Of a stretch of DNA of 35,754 nucleotides, positions 35,106-35,754 are shown in pieces. The position numbers and the translations under genes were made by a program. This DNA is from Thermoplasmata archaeon (GTDB lineage Archaea; Thermoplasmatota; Thermoplasmata; Lutacidiplasmatales; UBA184), in contig JAKIWH010000003.1 of assembly GCA_022750125.1 (NCBI GenBank), forward strand, positions 5,655 to 41,408, given 5' to 3'. The notes beneath the pieces were generated by a model. It saw only the letters and a list, made by a program, of their open reading frames with translations. It did no database searches and had not been told where the DNA came from. The first letter of the stretch is position 1. Every line of letters begins with the position of its first letter.

Positions 35106-35754
35106 ATGCTCGAGGTCCGGGAGTGGGGGGTCCGACCGTACCCCGAGTCGCTCGCGGAGATGCGGGCCCTTCGCGCCGCGCGCCGTCGAGGAGAGATCCC
35201 CGATACGCTCCTTCTCGTCGAGCACCCGGCGGTGATCACCGTGGGGGTACAAGGGGCGGAGCTCGAGAGCTTGCCCGCGGGGATCCCGGTCGTCCAGGTG
35301 GAACGCGGGGGCCACAGCACGTACCACGGTCCGGGCCAACTGGTGGGCTATCCTATCGTCGACCTCGACGCACGGGGACGCAACGTTCGCGGGTTTGTCG
35401 GCTCGCTCGAAACGCTGATCGTGGCGGCCCTCGCCGAGCTCGGGCTCCCGGCGGGCACCGTGGCGGGCCAGCGCGGGGTATGGGTGGACGGGGAACGGAA
35501 GATCGCCTCCGTCGGTATCGCGGTCGAAGAGTGGGTGAGTTTCCATGGGTTCGCCCTGAACGTAGACCCTGACCTCTCCGTGTTCGCGGCGTTCCAGCCG
35601 TGCGGTCTGGATGGCCGGCGGATGACGTCGGTAGCAAGGGAGCTCGGTCACCCCGTATCGGTCGAGGAGCTCCGGCTCCCCGTCCGTCGTGCGTTCCTGC
35701 GCGAGTTTGGGGAGCGCGCTTCCCCGCTCGCCGAGCCGGGCCCGCCCCCGACGG
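35106..35754 (+). CDS. lipB: Lipoyl(octanoyl) transferase (3' end outside window)
   Basis: Manual translation from ATG 35106: LLVEHPAVITVG, ERGGHSTYHGPGQLVGYPI, GVWV..RKIASVG, HGFALNV and FQPCGL. Confidence 0.93.
   Translation, partial: MLEVREWGVRPYPESLAEMRALRAARRRGEIPDTLLLVEHPAVITVGVQGAELESLPAGIPVVQVERGGHSTYHGPGQLVGYPIVDLDARGRNVRGFVGSLETLIVAALAELGLPAGTVAGQRGVWVDGERKIASVGIAVEEWVSFHGFALNVDPDLSVFAAFQPCGLDGRRMTSVARELGHPVSVEELRLPVRRAFLREFGERASPLAEPGPPPT

Noticed and set aside
1-35754. CRISPR arrays, tRNA, rRNA, SRP/RNase P RNA, intact transposases or integrases
   Set aside because: No regularly spaced direct repeats or diagnostic RNA or recombinase motifs were seen by eye. A covariance-model scan would be needed to exclude them formally.

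Overview
High-GC window, most likely from a Thermoplasmata-type archaeon. This is an inference from leaderless starts with TATA-like boxes about 25 bp upstream, a sequon-rich YncE/PKD surface protein and the overall gene mix. From left to right it holds: the 5' part of a single-chain transketolase (runs off the left edge); SRPBCC and TfoX genes; a probable IS630 transposase remnant; an arsenic module (arsC and an MIP channel, divergent from a Cys-rich HxlR regulator, with a palindrome between them); a membrane protein, msrB and a sulfatase fragment; a surface-glycosylation cluster of about 14 kb (GT2, AftD-like GT-C with a duplicated domain, two GT4, two SAM methyltransferases, a Thr-type sulfatase-like enzyme and a 1.35-kaa beta-propeller/PKD surface protein); a GyrI-like gene; a NiCoT-nikR operon with a candidate operator; SRPBCC, DUF1684 and an ABC-2 exporter; and a 2-oxoacid dehydrogenase operon with two E1-alpha genes followed by lipB (runs off the right edge). 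I saw no rRNA, tRNA or CRISPR array. All family calls come from motif recognition by eye, not from database searches.
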